Positions 16,596 to 27,169 of a stretch of DNA of 64,000 bases are shown here, in pieces. The position numbers and the translations under genes are program-made. The notes under the pieces were generated by a model that searched no databases, had not been told where the DNA came from, and saw only the letters and a program-made list of their open reading frames with translations. The stretch is taken from the NCBI GenBank assembly GCA_965207065.1, contig OZ242260.1, positions 1,536,001 to 1,600,000 on the forward strand, written 5' to 3'. Each line of letters opens with the position of its first letter. Within the stretch, counting starts at the first letter, position 1. Source of the DNA: a bacterium. GTDB lineage: Bacteria; UBA8248.

Positions 16596-19070
16596 ATGAG
16601 GATCGCTTTGGCGGCAGCCGCCGCTTATGTAGTGCTGGCGGTGATGATATCCCATGCCGGACCTCTCGCGCCGGCCCCGCAGGTCATCGCCGAATACGAC
16701 CGCAAGTTCATCGAGCGCTCGGGTGCTCAGACGCTCGAGGAGCTGTTGGACACCGGCATCATCCGCTACTTTTTCACCGGGGGACGAGATCTGCTCGTCC
16801 TGGTGAACGGCAGACCCTACGCCACCACCGGCCAGAATCTGGATTCCCTGCCGCTCTCGGCCGTGGAGCGCATCGAGGTTCTGAGAGGCGAGAGTCTGAG
16901 CACGCTGGGCGGCCACGCCGCCATAAACGGCGCGTTCAATATTGTTCTCAGAAAGGACCTGGACGGCTTCGAGATGCGTACGGTTACGCGGATGCCGAGC
17001 CGGGACGGTGGCGACGGCTGGCAGGGCAGTGTCTTCTGGGGCGGCGCGGTCGGCAAGGGAGGACGCATGACCATCGGCGCAGACATACTGGACCGCCAGG
17101 AAATCCTCGGCAAGAACCGGGAACACAGCCGTTCCGAGTGGGTCGAGGGCGGCAGCTTCAGCCAGGCCAAGAATATCAGCGTCGGCGGCAACACCGTCTA
17201 TGTCTCCCAGAAAGACGACCAGGGAGCACCTACCGCCTTAAGGTCGGTGCCACTGGGGGACTGCGACCCGGCGCAAGGTTATGTCGGCCCGCTCAGCAAT
17301 CCGCCCGGTATCCGCACGGGCGACAAGGGCTGTGGTTACGCCTATGGAAACATCTGGTGGGATACACCCAGCTATGAGCAGAAGAGCGCCATCCTGAACC
17401 TGGAGCATCCGCTCGGAGAGGACGCCGAACTCCATCTGGACGCGAACATCAGGCAGGGCCGCGGGGCGTTCCGCTACGCGCCGTCGGTCGACGCGTTTTC
17501 CTTTACGCCGAACGAGACATTGCTGGATGAGCTCAAGCGAGCAGCCGGCTCCGACTTCCAGTTGGGAGAAAACGACGAGTTCGTCGTGGGGCACCGCTTT
17601 ATCGGCCACGGCAACCGTGACTGGGTGACGGATACCGAGGAATACGACGTTTCCGCAAGCGTCGAGGGTCGTCTGGGTGAAGGTCTCGGCTATGACGTGC
17701 GCGTCAGCGCCTACCGGCTGGACAATTCCGTGTCCGGCGACACCTTCGTGCATGCCGGCAAGATCAGGGAAGAGATCGAGAGTGGGAGCTACAACCTCGT
17801 GAACCCGTTGGACCCGCGTAATTCCGCAGCGATCAAGAACAGCAGCTTGCGGCAGGAGGAAAATATCAGTTCGGAGTATCTTGGCGCCCGTCTGGCGCTG
17901 GAGGGCTCCGGCTTCGCTATCGGCGGGCGCCAAACGGCATGGACCGCAGGGGTCGAGCTGGGGAGCGTGGACGCGCACCGCCTCCTGGTCTTTCGGGACA
18001 AGGACGGCTATACCCATAACGTGACCGAGGTGCTCGGTTCCGGCGGAACCAGTTATGCCGGCAAGCGCGACATCGCCGCGGCATTTGCGGAGATGTCCTT
18101 GCCGCTTACCGACAAACTGGAAATCAGGGTCGGGGGGCGAGGCGATGAATACGACGATATAGGCGGATTGGAATCGTGGCGTTTCGGGGCCGAATACCGG
18201 CTGACCGGCATCGTCACGCTGCGCGGCTCGTGGAGCGCGGGCGAGACGTCGCCCTCGATGCGGCATATCTACAGCGACGCGTCGCAGGACCACCCTTATG
18301 TCGTTTGCGACCCCGGGAGCGGACCGCCGCCCCGCACGTGCGATAGTCCGAACTTCCGGCAGGTGACGCGCGAGACAAGCGGCAACCCGGGTCTCGACCC
18401 TGCAGGCTCCGAGATGCTTTCTTTCGGCGCCGAGGCCCGCAAAGGGCCGTTCTATCTCGTCGCGGACTGGTATCGGCTCGCAATATCCGACCTGCCGGGG
18501 CAGAACACCGCCACCTGGGCCATGTTGAACCTGCAAGAATGCCAGGGCGGCAACCGGAATGATTGCATCGAGCGCATCGGCGGCGACATCACCATTCACG
18601 ACAGCTTTGCGAACATTGTCGATACCGAGATTTCGGGCGTGAATTTCCGATACGGCGCGCGCAAGAGAACGGATTGGGGCGTTATCGGGTTGCGCGGGTT
18701 CTGGCGGCACGTCATCAGTTCCGAACAGCAAATCGCGGGCGAAAAGCGGCGGCATCCCCTCCCCCGGGATGCGGTGCGCGTCGTAGTCTCGGCCGGGCGT
18801 GGCAATCTCACCGCTTTCTGGTCCACGAACTACCGCTCCGAAATCGAGAGTGAGTCGGGCGAAGGGAGGTTCAAGTCCTGGACCGGCCACGATTTGACGC
18901 TCGACTGGAAGCGGCCGCTGGGGCTGGAAAGCATGCGGGTGACCGCAGGCGTGTACAACCTCACCGATGCCAAACTCTCGACGAATACAGCCAACCCCTC
19001 CGTTGCGGACGGGCCCAGAGCGGCCGGCTGGGGCCGCACCTTCTTCCTCACCCTCAACATGCGGTTCTGA
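16596..19070 (+). CDS. TonB-dependent receptor
   Basis: Signal peptide; plug motifs LVLVNGR, LPLSAVERIEVLR, INGAFNIVLRK; C-terminal GVYNLTD...GRTFFLTLNMRF. Confidence 0.92.
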   Translation: MRIALAAAAAYVVLAVMISHAGPLAPAPQVIAEYDRKFIERSGAQTLEELLDTGIIRYFFTGGRDLLVLVNGRPYATTGQNLDSLPLSAVERIEVLRGESLSTLGGHAAINGAFNIVLRKDLDGFEMRTVTRMPSRDGGDGWQGSVFWGGAVGKGGRMTIGADILDRQEILGKNREHSRSEWVEGGSFSQAKNISVGGNTVYVSQKDDQGAPTALRSVPLGDCDPAQGYVGPLSNPPGIRTGDKGCGYAYGNIWWDTPSYEQKSAILNLEHPLGEDAELHLDANIRQGRGAFRYAPSVDAFSFTPNETLLDELKRAAGSDFQLGENDEFVVGHRFIGHGNRDWVTDTEEYDVSASVEGRLGEGLGYDVRVSAYRLDNSVSGDTFVHAGKIREEIESGSYNLVNPLDPRNSAAIKNSSLRQEENISSEYLGARLALEGSGFAIGGRQTAWTAGVELGSVDAHRLLVFRDKDGYTHNVTEVLGSGGTSYAGKRDIAAAFAEMSLPLTDKLEIRVGGRGDEYDDIGGLESWRFGAEYRLTGIVTLRGSWSAGETSPSMRHIYSDASQDHPYVVCDPGSGPPPRTCDSPNFRQVTRETSGNPGLDPAGSEMLSFGAEARKGPFYLVADWYRLAISDLPGQNTATWAMLNLQECQGGNRNDCIERIGGDITIHDSFANIVDTEISGVNFRYGARKRTDWGVIGLRGFWRHVISSEQQIAGEKRRHPLPRDAVRVVVSAGRGNLTAFWSTNYRSEIESESGEGRFKSWTGHDLTLDWKRPLGLESMRVTAGVYNLTDAKLSTNTANPSVADGPRAAGWGRTFFLTLNMRF

Positions 19071-19239
19071 GGGTCCGTCGGACAGCTTCGGGAGGGGTGC
19101 TGCTTTCCCGGCTGAGCCGGGAAGGGCTTCGGGGTGGTATCCGGGTGCGGGCGTCGGGGTCGGCATGCTCTCGGGCGCGACATTCATGCCATCGCTCAAT
19201 ATCGGCGTGCGCAGCTGCTTCCGGGACCGTCCTTCGCAC

Positions 19240-20451
19240 TCACCTCGGAGACGGCGGGCGGCGCTCCCGCCAGCCTTCCAGCATGTCCTCCGCGATGCTC
19301 CCGGCAACCCGCTCGGCCGCCTCCTGCGCCAAATCGCGCGCGAGGTGCGCGTAGCGCGCCGTCGTTTCCATCTTGCTGTGACCCAGGAGCTTCCCGATCA
19401 CGGGGAGCGACTCGCCGAGCGCCAGGGCCCGCGAGGCCCAGGAGTGCCGCAGGTCGTGCAGCCTCACGTCCCCGAGGCCCGCGCGCTCCCTTACCGTCCG
19501 CCAGGCCTCGTCGATGTTCCCAAGGTGCGTCCCCGGCTTCCTGCCCGGTATGACCCAGGGGCCGCCGTGGGCGCCAAGGAGGTCCGCGAGGAGTTCGACG
19601 GCCTCAGGCGGCAAGGGGACCGCCCGCGCGCCCGTCTTGGAATCGGGCAGCCTGAGCTCGCCCGCTTCGAGCGCCACGTCTTCGCGGCGCAGCTTGAGGA
19701 CCTCGCTCCTCCGGCACCCGGTAAGGGCCAGGAGCCGGATAGCGGCCACCACGGGCGCGGAAACGTCGCCCGCAGCCTCCGCCTCCTCAAGCGCCTCTCC
19801 CAGCCGGGTGAACTCCGAATCCGTCAGGAACCGCTCGCGCCTGCGCTCGGGGTATTTCATAATCGAGCGGCAGGGATTTGATAATCCGTCCGGCGCCATG
19901 CCCCAGCCAGCAGCCTGCTCGTACATCGCGGAGAGGGTGCGGAGCGCCATGTTCGCCACCGCAGGCGTCTCGTACAAGCTCTCGTGGAATTCCGCCACCT
20001 GCGCGCGAGAGAGCGCAGCCAGCGGCAGCTTGCCCAGGGCGGGCAGGACGTGGCGGTTGATCACCGAGCGGTAGAGCGCGGCGGTGGCCGGCTTGCACCG
20101 CACCGCGACGTATTCGGCGAGGTAGCGCGAGCACACCTCATTCACCGTGGGGCCGCCCACAGGCTTCATCGGTTCGGGAACCGCCTCCTCGCCCGCCTTT
20201 ACCCTCGCGATGATGCGGGCGGCGCGCTTCCTCGCCTCATCGGCGTTGATCACCCCGTGGCGGCCCACCGCCACCCTCTTGGGTCCCTCGGGACCCCGCG
20301 CCTGGGCGATGTAGACTTTTGAGCCGGTGGGATAAACCCGCACGCCGAAGCCGGTGAGCTCCCGGTCCCAGAAGACCGTGTCTTTCTCCACTTTTAGCTT
20401 CCCGACCGCGCGGTTGGAAAGCGTCCCGTATTTCGTCTTCGCCATCTTCAC
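19240..20451 (-). CDS. Tyrosine recombinase/integrase with N-terminal arm-binding domain
   Basis: WDRELTGFGVRV; LTGCRRSE, DSKTG, HDLRHS, LLGH, RYAH. Confidence 0.95.
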   Translation of the reverse strand: MKMAKTKYGTLSNRAVGKLKVEKDTVFWDRELTGFGVRVYPTGSKVYIAQARGPEGPKRVAVGRHGVINADEARKRAARIIARVKAGEEAVPEPMKPVGGPTVNEVCSRYLAEYVAVRCKPATAALYRSVINRHVLPALGKLPLAALSRAQVAEFHESLYETPAVANMALRTLSAMYEQAAGWGMAPDGLSNPCRSIMKYPERRRERFLTDSEFTRLGEALEEAEAAGDVSAPVVAAIRLLALTGCRRSEVLKLRREDVALEAGELRLPDSKTGARAVPLPPEAVELLADLLGAHGGPWVIPGRKPGTHLGNIDEAWRTVRERAGLGDVRLHDLRHSWASRALALGESLPVIGKLLGHSKMETTARYAHLARDLAQEAAERVAGSIAEDMLEGWRERRPPSPR

Positions 20452-21626
20452 CCGGCCCTCCTGTTCGTGATGTGAATCCCGATACTCCCGCCCACCCGTA
20501 CCGCCGCCTCCCTCTCGGCCTCGCGCATCAGGTGCGCGTAGCGCGCGCTCGTCGCCACGCTCGTGTGCCCGAGCAGCTTGCCTATCGTGTATAAACTCTC
20601 GCCCAGCGCCAACGCCCTCGACGCGTAGGAGTGCCTGAGGTCGTGGATGCGCACGTCATGGAGCCCCGCCCGCTCCCTGATCGGCCGCCAGTAGTGGTGC
20701 AGGCCCGTGAGATGCTTCCCGGGTCTTTGTCCTGCGAATATCCAGGGGTTCTCAGGCAGCCTGGGAATGGCGTCCAGTATCCCGAGCACCGGCTTCGTCA
20801 GGGGGACCATCCGGGGACCCGCCTTGGCGTCCCTCAAGCGCAGATCGCCCGCCGTGCGGTCCACGTCGTCCCACCCGAGGCTCAGTATCTCGCCCCTGCG
20901 GCACCCGGTCAGGACGAGCAGCCGGATCGCCGCAACCGCGGGCGGCCATGTCCCGTCCTCCGCCTCGGCTTGCCTGAGCGCACGGCCCAGGCGCCGGTAT
21001 TCCTCAGGCGTCAGGAACCGCTCCCTCTTGCGCGTCCTGTAGCGGCGCACCGAGAGGCAGGGGTTCCGCCCGGGTGGGACCAGTTCCCACGCCTCGGCAA
21101 GGGTGTACATCCGCGAGAGTAGATGGACGGCCGCGTTGGCCCGGGCGGGCGTGGCCCTGAGCCTGTGATGAAGCGCCGTGACTTCCGCCCCGCCGACTTC
21201 TTCCAGCGCCATCCCGCCCAGGGCCGGCAGGATGTATTTGCCGAGCACCGTGCGGTACGCCGAGGCGGTGGCTGGCTTGAGATGCCGCTCCACGTGGATG
21301 CGCATGAAGCGCTCTGCGAGTCCCGATACGGTGGACTCCGCCTCGTGTGGTGGGGGTATTGGCTCTTCGCCCTGCTTGATGCGGTCGATGAGGAGGGCGG
21401 CCTGTTTCCTCGCCTCGTCGACGGTCAGTTCCCCGTGGTGGCCGAGCGTCACGCGCTTCGGACCCCCGGGTCCCCGGGACTGCACCACCCAGGTCTTCCT
21501 TCCCGTAACGTGGACTCGCACACCCAAGCCCGCCAGCTCCCGGTCCCAGAAGATCGCGTCCTTCCCGTCGGCCTCGAGCGCGTCGACGGTGCGCTTAGTG
21601 AGTTTCAGATCGCTTCGCTTCGGCAT
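20448..21626 (-). CDS. Tyrosine recombinase/integrase with N-terminal arm-binding domain
   Basis: WDRELAGLGVRV; LTGCRRGE, DAKAG, HDLRHS, LLGH, RYAH. Confidence 0.95.
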   Translation of the reverse strand: MPKRSDLKLTKRTVDALEADGKDAIFWDRELAGLGVRVHVTGRKTWVVQSRGPGGPKRVTLGHHGELTVDEARKQAALLIDRIKQGEEPIPPPHEAESTVSGLAERFMRIHVERHLKPATASAYRTVLGKYILPALGGMALEEVGGAEVTALHHRLRATPARANAAVHLLSRMYTLAEAWELVPPGRNPCLSVRRYRTRKRERFLTPEEYRRLGRALRQAEAEDGTWPPAVAAIRLLVLTGCRRGEILSLGWDDVDRTAGDLRLRDAKAGPRMVPLTKPVLGILDAIPRLPENPWIFAGQRPGKHLTGLHHYWRPIRERAGLHDVRIHDLRHSYASRALALGESLYTIGKLLGHTSVATSARYAHLMREAEREAAVRVGGSIGIHITNRRAG

Positions 21627-22180
21627 CCCACCTCCTGAAATATGTAATCAAAACGCATACGTTCGGCTTCATACTGGAGGGTATCAGAGCATACGTGTGA
21701 CGAAAGCGCAAGGGGGGTCGGAGTGGGGAATAAGAAAAATATGGCATTATAAACAATCAGTTATCGTAGACAAACGGAGTCAATGGTGCCATTGCGTGTT
21801 CAACGACTTCATGGCAATAATTAATCGAAATTTACGGAAATTCCGTCTCGTCCCGATTCGGCGGTTCACTGGTCAAACGGGACCAATACCGGAGCGATGG
21901 AAGCAACAGATGATTCAGCTGATTGCCGACCGGAGAGTGAAGATTTGCGCGATGCCTCGGGTGGCGCATCATACTGGACGCACGGATTTCATGGAGCACG
22001 GCAAATGCGGGCAATTGCGCGTCCGCTCCTCGGTCTGGAAAAAGGGGTTCCCGGGCGATGAGGTGGCGCGCCTGCGTCGCAGATTCGTCGGGTGGCGCGT
22101 GAAAGGCGCATCTTCTTTTCGTCCCGAGCGAAAATAAGTTTCAGGAAAGTGAAAAACGGGTGCTACAATGGGTCGTTTCC

Positions 22181-23638
22181 ATGAAAAAGGAGCGCGCCTT
22201 GGAGAGAAGCCTGTTCGATCAGCCAGAAGAAGACGGCGGAGCGCAGGAACCCCGGCTCGATCCGGCGGCGCCCCTGGCCGAGCGCATGCGCCCCCGCACG
22301 CTCGATGAGGTCCTGGGCCAGGATCACCTCATCGGCCCGGGCCGCGTGTTGAGGCGCGCCGTGGAGGAAGACGCCCTGCGCCCGCTCATCTTCTGGGGAC
22401 CGCCCGGCACGGGCAAGACGACGCTCGCGCGCATCATCGCGAACAGGACGAACGCGCACTTCATCACGCTGAGCGCGGTGCTCCACGGGGTGAAGGAATT
22501 GCGCGCCGCCGTGGACGAGGCGAAGCGCATGCAGCGCAGGAGCGTCCGCACGATTCTGTTCATCGACGAGATCCACCGCTTCAACAAGGCCCAGCAGGAC
22601 GGCCTCCTGCCACACGTTGAAAACGGCATGCTCACCCTCATCGGCGCCACGACGGAAAACCCTTCCTTCGAGGTCATCGCGCCCCTGCTCTCCCGCGCGC
22701 GCGTGTTCGTGCTCGAAGGATTGAAGGAAGAGCACGTCGTCGCGCTTCTCCGCCGCGCCCTGGAAGACGCCGAGCGGGGCTTGGGCGCCATGAAGCTCGA
22801 AGCCGAGGATGACGCGCTGCGCCGCGTCGCGGTCTTGAGCAGCGGGGACGCGCGCTCGGCGCTCAACATTCTGGAAGCCGCTGCCGCTTTGGCCGGTGAG
22901 AGCCGTCGGGTCGATGCCGCATTGGTGGGCGAGGCCGCCCAGCGCAAGACGCTGCTCTACGACAAGGCGGGCGAGGAGCACTTCAACCTCATCTCCGCCC
23001 TTCACAAGATCCTGCGGGCTTCCGATCCCGACGCCGCGCTCTACTGGCTCGCGCGCATGCTCGAGGGGGGCGAAGACCCCATGTACATCCTGCGGCGCCT
23101 CGTGCGCTTCGCCTCCGAAGACGTCGGCATGGCCGACCCGAATGCGCTCGCCGTGGCGACCGCCGCCCAGGGGGCGTTCCACTTCATCGGCCTCCCCGAG
23201 GGGAAGCTCGCCATCGCCCAGGCGGTGGTCTATCTCGCCCAGGCGCCCAAGAGCGACGCGGTCTACCGGGGCTTCGGGGCCGCCGAGCGCGCCGTGCGCG
23301 AGCGCGACGCCGCACCCGTCCCCCATCACCTGAGGAACGCGCCCACCGGCCTCATGCGCGATCTGGGCTACGGCGCGGGCTACAAGCACGCGCACGAGTT
23401 CGACGACGCGGTCGTGGAGATGGAGGGCATGCCCGAAGGGCTGCAGGGTACGCGGTTCTACCACCCCACCTCCCGGGGGTTCGAGGCGGAGGTCCAGAAG
23501 AGACTCGCCATACGCGAGGAGAAACTGAACGAGCGCCTCGGCGAACGCCTGAACGTGCCCGATGAGAAGTCCATGGACGACCGCCGCCCCTCCGACCCCG
23601 CCATGCCCGGCAGAAGGGCGCGGCGCAAGGATAAATAA
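22181..23638 (+). CDS. rarA: Replication-associated recombination protein A (AAA+ ATPase)
   Basis: PLAERMRP, GPPGTGKTT, DEIHRFNKAQQD, ATTENPSF, FASEDVG. Alternative TTG start at 22199. Confidence 0.96.
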   Translation: MKKERALERSLFDQPEEDGGAQEPRLDPAAPLAERMRPRTLDEVLGQDHLIGPGRVLRRAVEEDALRPLIFWGPPGTGKTTLARIIANRTNAHFITLSAVLHGVKELRAAVDEAKRMQRRSVRTILFIDEIHRFNKAQQDGLLPHVENGMLTLIGATTENPSFEVIAPLLSRARVFVLEGLKEEHVVALLRRALEDAERGLGAMKLEAEDDALRRVAVLSSGDARSALNILEAAAALAGESRRVDAALVGEAAQRKTLLYDKAGEEHFNLISALHKILRASDPDAALYWLARMLEGGEDPMYILRRLVRFASEDVGMADPNALAVATAAQGAFHFIGLPEGKLAIAQAVVYLAQAPKSDAVYRGFGAAERAVRERDAAPVPHHLRNAPTGLMRDLGYGAGYKHAHEFDDAVVEMEGMPEGLQGTRFYHPTSRGFEAEVQKRLAIREEKLNERLGERLNVPDEKSMDDRRPSDPAMPGRRARRKDK

Positions 23639-23700
23639 CCAAGTATAGAGAATTGCACTTTTGGTTTGCCAAATGAAAGAGGGAATGGGACGAGCAGCGA

Positions 23701-24171
23701 CTATTTTTCGCTTTCCCTTTTCCGTCGCATGAATATGACCGGATGCCCATAGAGGTCACCGCTTACATTGTTCAACTCCCTGTGCGCGATATCTTCTGAT
23801 GGTCCAAGTTTGCTGGTCCACCACCCATTTTCTAATTGTCGCGCTGCATGTTTCGGAACATTGCCTTTAGCGAAGATAACTATTTTTTCATATTCTTCTT
23901 CCAATGATCCGTCATCGCATTTCTTGTATCCAAGCGTTTCAAATGCAGCGCTAAAAGCCTCAAGGGTTTCTTCCATGGGAACATTTTGAGGCCAAAATAT
24001 CCGTTCTAATTGCTCGTCTATCTCACAGGGCCACCACCAATGTTCATCATCGGCAGCTGCCCAAGCTATGCAATTATAATTTTCCGTAGGACTACTTGTT
24101 ACGATGTGATTATTTTTATTGAGGAGGGGAAATAGTACGTAGAAATCTTCTCCTAAACGATCAAAAGACAC
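23701..24171 (-). CDS. Hypothetical protein with Cys/His motifs (possible papain-like fold)
   Basis: YNCIAWAA, WWWP, HAARQLENGWWTSKLG, DIAH. AT-rich. Confidence 0.7.
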   Translation of the reverse strand: MSFDRLGEDFYVLFPLLNKNNHIVTSSPTENYNCIAWAAADDEHWWWPCEIDEQLERIFWPQNVPMEETLEAFSAAFETLGYKKCDDGSLEEEYEKIVIFAKGNVPKHAARQLENGWWTSKLGPSEDIAHRELNNVSGDLYGHPVIFMRRKRESEK

Positions 24172-24595
24172 CTTTTCTCTTCCCCCACGAAAGCCATGAC
24201 TGCACTATTTTCGAAGGGTTTCCATGGGCGCTCTTTGGGACTGGGTTCTCTCCAGTGATTTTTTTAAGCGCGTGAATCCAAAAATTAGGTTTGTTTTTTT
24301 CTAGATCCAATTGCCTCAATATCATAGGAACCGCCCGTTCTCCCATCGCTATTATTTTTCGATAGGATGGACATGCAGTAATATCCGAAATGGATGACAT
24401 TACTTTTTTTTCCATGTTCCATTTTGCCAATAAATGCTCAAAGTCCGTCAGGTCTAAAATTCCTCTGCCCCACGACCTGGTGTGCCGGACGAATTTGGCG
24501 CTTCTGACGATATCGGCAGTAGTTTCCAATGCCTCATCCCTGGGCTGAATTGTTTCCGTTCCCGTCTGCTCAAAATCTATATTCGCTATATCCAC
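24161..24595 (-). CDS. Hypothetical helical protein
   Basis: PSYRKIIAMGERAVPMILRQL...WIHALKKITGENPV...WLSWG. Overlaps the next gene. Confidence 0.7.
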   Translation of the reverse strand: MDIANIDFEQTGTETIQPRDEALETTADIVRSAKFVRHTRSWGRGILDLTDFEHLLAKWNMEKKVMSSISDITACPSYRKIIAMGERAVPMILRQLDLEKNKPNFWIHALKKITGENPVPKSAHGNPSKIVQSWLSWGKRKGVF

Positions 24596-24596
24596 T

Positions 24597-24860
24597 TTAT
24601 GAAGTCCTCTCTTTCAATTCCTCGGGTGCTTCTAATACTGAGACAACTTGCTGGTGTTTGATGAGATAATAAGGGTTTCCTTCATCATCCCATTTACCAT
24701 GCACTCTAACAGCACGCACAAGCATCGTTTTTATTCCCAATACCGTTCCATCATCTAGCGTATACTCAACCAATGCCTCAGTAGATTTTGTGATCGGAAT
24801 ATTCAAACCTTCCACTTCCGTTCCATCTATGTCTTTTGTTTTAATTTTTCGGTATGCCAT
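24597..24860 (-). CDS. Hypothetical beta-rich small protein
   Basis: EYTLDDGTVLGIK...WDDEGNPYY. First gene of the AT-rich operon. Confidence 0.7.
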   Translation of the reverse strand: MAYRKIKTKDIDGTEVEGLNIPITKSTEALVEYTLDDGTVLGIKTMLVRAVRVHGKWDDEGNPYYLIKHQQVVSVLEAPEELKERTS

Positions 24861-25343
24861 CCTGGAACCCTTTTTGTGGAACAGATTATGCGTACCATCA
24901 CGATACCTAATAAATTATAGGATAGATATACCCACTTGCAACGAGGTACTTTAATCTAAAGAGTATTTGATTTTCACAAAAGATCAAAAGGCGGCTTTCT
25001 CTTTCCCTTACCATCATAGCAACTGACCCTGATGCTCAAATCGATAAATTGTTATAAATATTCAACAGCTGCATTTTAATGAACTTGCATTTATTTGAAA
25101 TGACTAAAAAAATTTTGCTCATTAGCTAATGGTCTCTGCTCATTTTCGCCTCACGACAGCCACCATGCACACTCATTTCGCGCTTGAGGTTCTTCTGCAA
25201 ATTAAGGAGTTATGGCGTAATAGCGTCAGGAAGGCGCAATAATTTAAAAATAGAGCACGCTTTCAGATAGACTGGTTCGACCACATAATATTCACCATAC
25301 GCGGGAGCGATCCCATATCTTGAATATTCTAGTGGCGCAATTA

Positions 25344-26123
25344 TCAGTTCGCCGCCGCAATGGAATCCTTGGATTCAATCGCCTCATCCATCTCGTCGAT
25401 AATCGCCTTCGCCGCGCTGAACGGGTCGTCGTTTTTCGTGATGGGCCTGCCCACGACGAGATAGTCCGAACCCATGCGGATGGCGTCCGCAGGCGTCGTG
25501 ATTCGCTTGTGATCGTCCGAGGCGGACCACGCCGGCCGGATTCCGGGGCTTACGATATCGGCGTTCGGGAACCTCTCGCGGCAGGCCCCGATGGCGTCGC
25601 CCGAGACGATCAGCCCGTCGCATCCCTCGGCGAGCAGCTTCTCCCCGCGTTCGAGAATGTATTGCGCCGAATCCGTTCCCGTAATTCCTTCGCTTCGCAA
25701 GTCATCATCACTGAGACTGGAGAGCAAAGGCACCATCAGGAGTTTGGGATGCTCCGCTGTCCCTCGGGTTTTGAGCGCGGTTTCTATCGTCCTGGTCGTC
25801 ATCACGTAGGGCATGGACTCGGTGAGCGTGACGAACCTGACGTTCAGGGAGGTGCAGCCCTCGATGAAGCTGGCGATCGTGTTGCCGATGTCTCCCGACA
25901 GCTTGAGATCGACGAACACTCCGCCTTCGCCTGAGCGGCGCTCCTGCAGCTCATTGATGAATCCGAGCAGGTTCCCCGCCAGAAAGAGTTCGAGCCCGAC
26001 CTTGAAAAAGGATACGTTCTCGAGTTTCTCGACCAGCGTGAGCGCTTCCTCGTGCGTCGGCACGTCCAGCGCAACGATAAGGCGGTCTTTGCCGCTCAGG
26101 TTCGCCGCGGGTCGCTCCCCCAT
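25344..26123 (-). CDS. pyrF: Orotidine-5'-phosphate decarboxylase
   Basis: LIVALD, FKVGLEL, VFVDLKLSGDIGNT, SPGIRP, DDHKRITTP, LVVGRPI. Confidence 0.93.
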   Translation of the reverse strand: MGERPAANLSGKDRLIVALDVPTHEEALTLVEKLENVSFFKVGLELFLAGNLLGFINELQERRSGEGGVFVDLKLSGDIGNTIASFIEGCTSLNVRFVTLTESMPYVMTTRTIETALKTRGTAEHPKLLMVPLLSSLSDDDLRSEGITGTDSAQYILERGEKLLAEGCDGLIVSGDAIGACRERFPNADIVSPGIRPAWSASDDHKRITTPADAIRMGSDYLVVGRPITKNDDPFSAAKAIIDEMDEAIESKDSIAAAN

Positions 26124-26318
26124 CGACGCTCCTCCTGTTTCTTCGGGCGGGTAAATCCGGTGATTTGCGGGCGTAATCGCAAAATCCTTATCTTATATTT
26201 CGCATGGGAAATCAATCGCGCGTCCCTCACGCTCTGGACGAGGCGAGGAGCATCATCAAGTGTTGCCCCGAAAGGCAAGATACTTGAAAATCAGGAAAAC
26301 TATCCCCGGAAACGCTGA

Positions 26319-26753
<435 letters not shown>

Positions 26754-26775
26754 ATCACCGCATTCCTCGCCTGAA

Positions 26776-27169
26776 GGGGTTGTTGAGAAAGCCCTGAATT
26801 CTAGATTCGGCGAATAGAACCGAGCGAGGAATCCGTAGGGACAGGCCCCCGTGCCTGTCCGATGTCGCTCCCCCCTTGAAAGGGAAACCCCATAAAGTCA
26901 ACCCCCCCTACCCCCCCTTGTCAGGGGGGTATAAAAAAGCGATGCGCCCCCGCCGGGCAGAGGAGGTTTTGCTGTTTCTTGCCCCCCTGACAAGGGGGGG
27001 TAGGGGGGGTTGGTTTTCAAGGCAGGGGGAGGACGAACGGGGTGGCTTTTTCAACAGACCCCTCAAGGGGGGAGTGATTCACCCCGACCCACACGGGCTT
27101 TTTCAACAACCTCTGACAAGGGGGGTTGGGGGGGGGTGCTACCCCGAGGAAGGGTATTTCAACAACCCC
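26776..27169. mobile_element. MITE-like element with TIRs and internal palindromes
   Basis: GGGGTTGTTGAGAAAGCCC ... GGGTATTTCAACAACCCC, with internal CCCCCCTTGTCAGGGGGG palindromes and a GTAG-REP. Confidence 0.6.

Larger units (their letters stand above)
1..21990. mobile_element. Composite, decaying genomic island/ICE remnant (left end outside the window; boundaries approximate)
   Basis: Tandem integrases at the right edge, ICE backbone genes and many pseudogenes. Core genes begin at rarA. Confidence 0.65.

Noticed and set aside
17238-19307. 689-aa minus-strand ORF
   Set aside because: Antisense shadow of the TonB-dependent receptor in high-GC DNA; no recognisable motifs.
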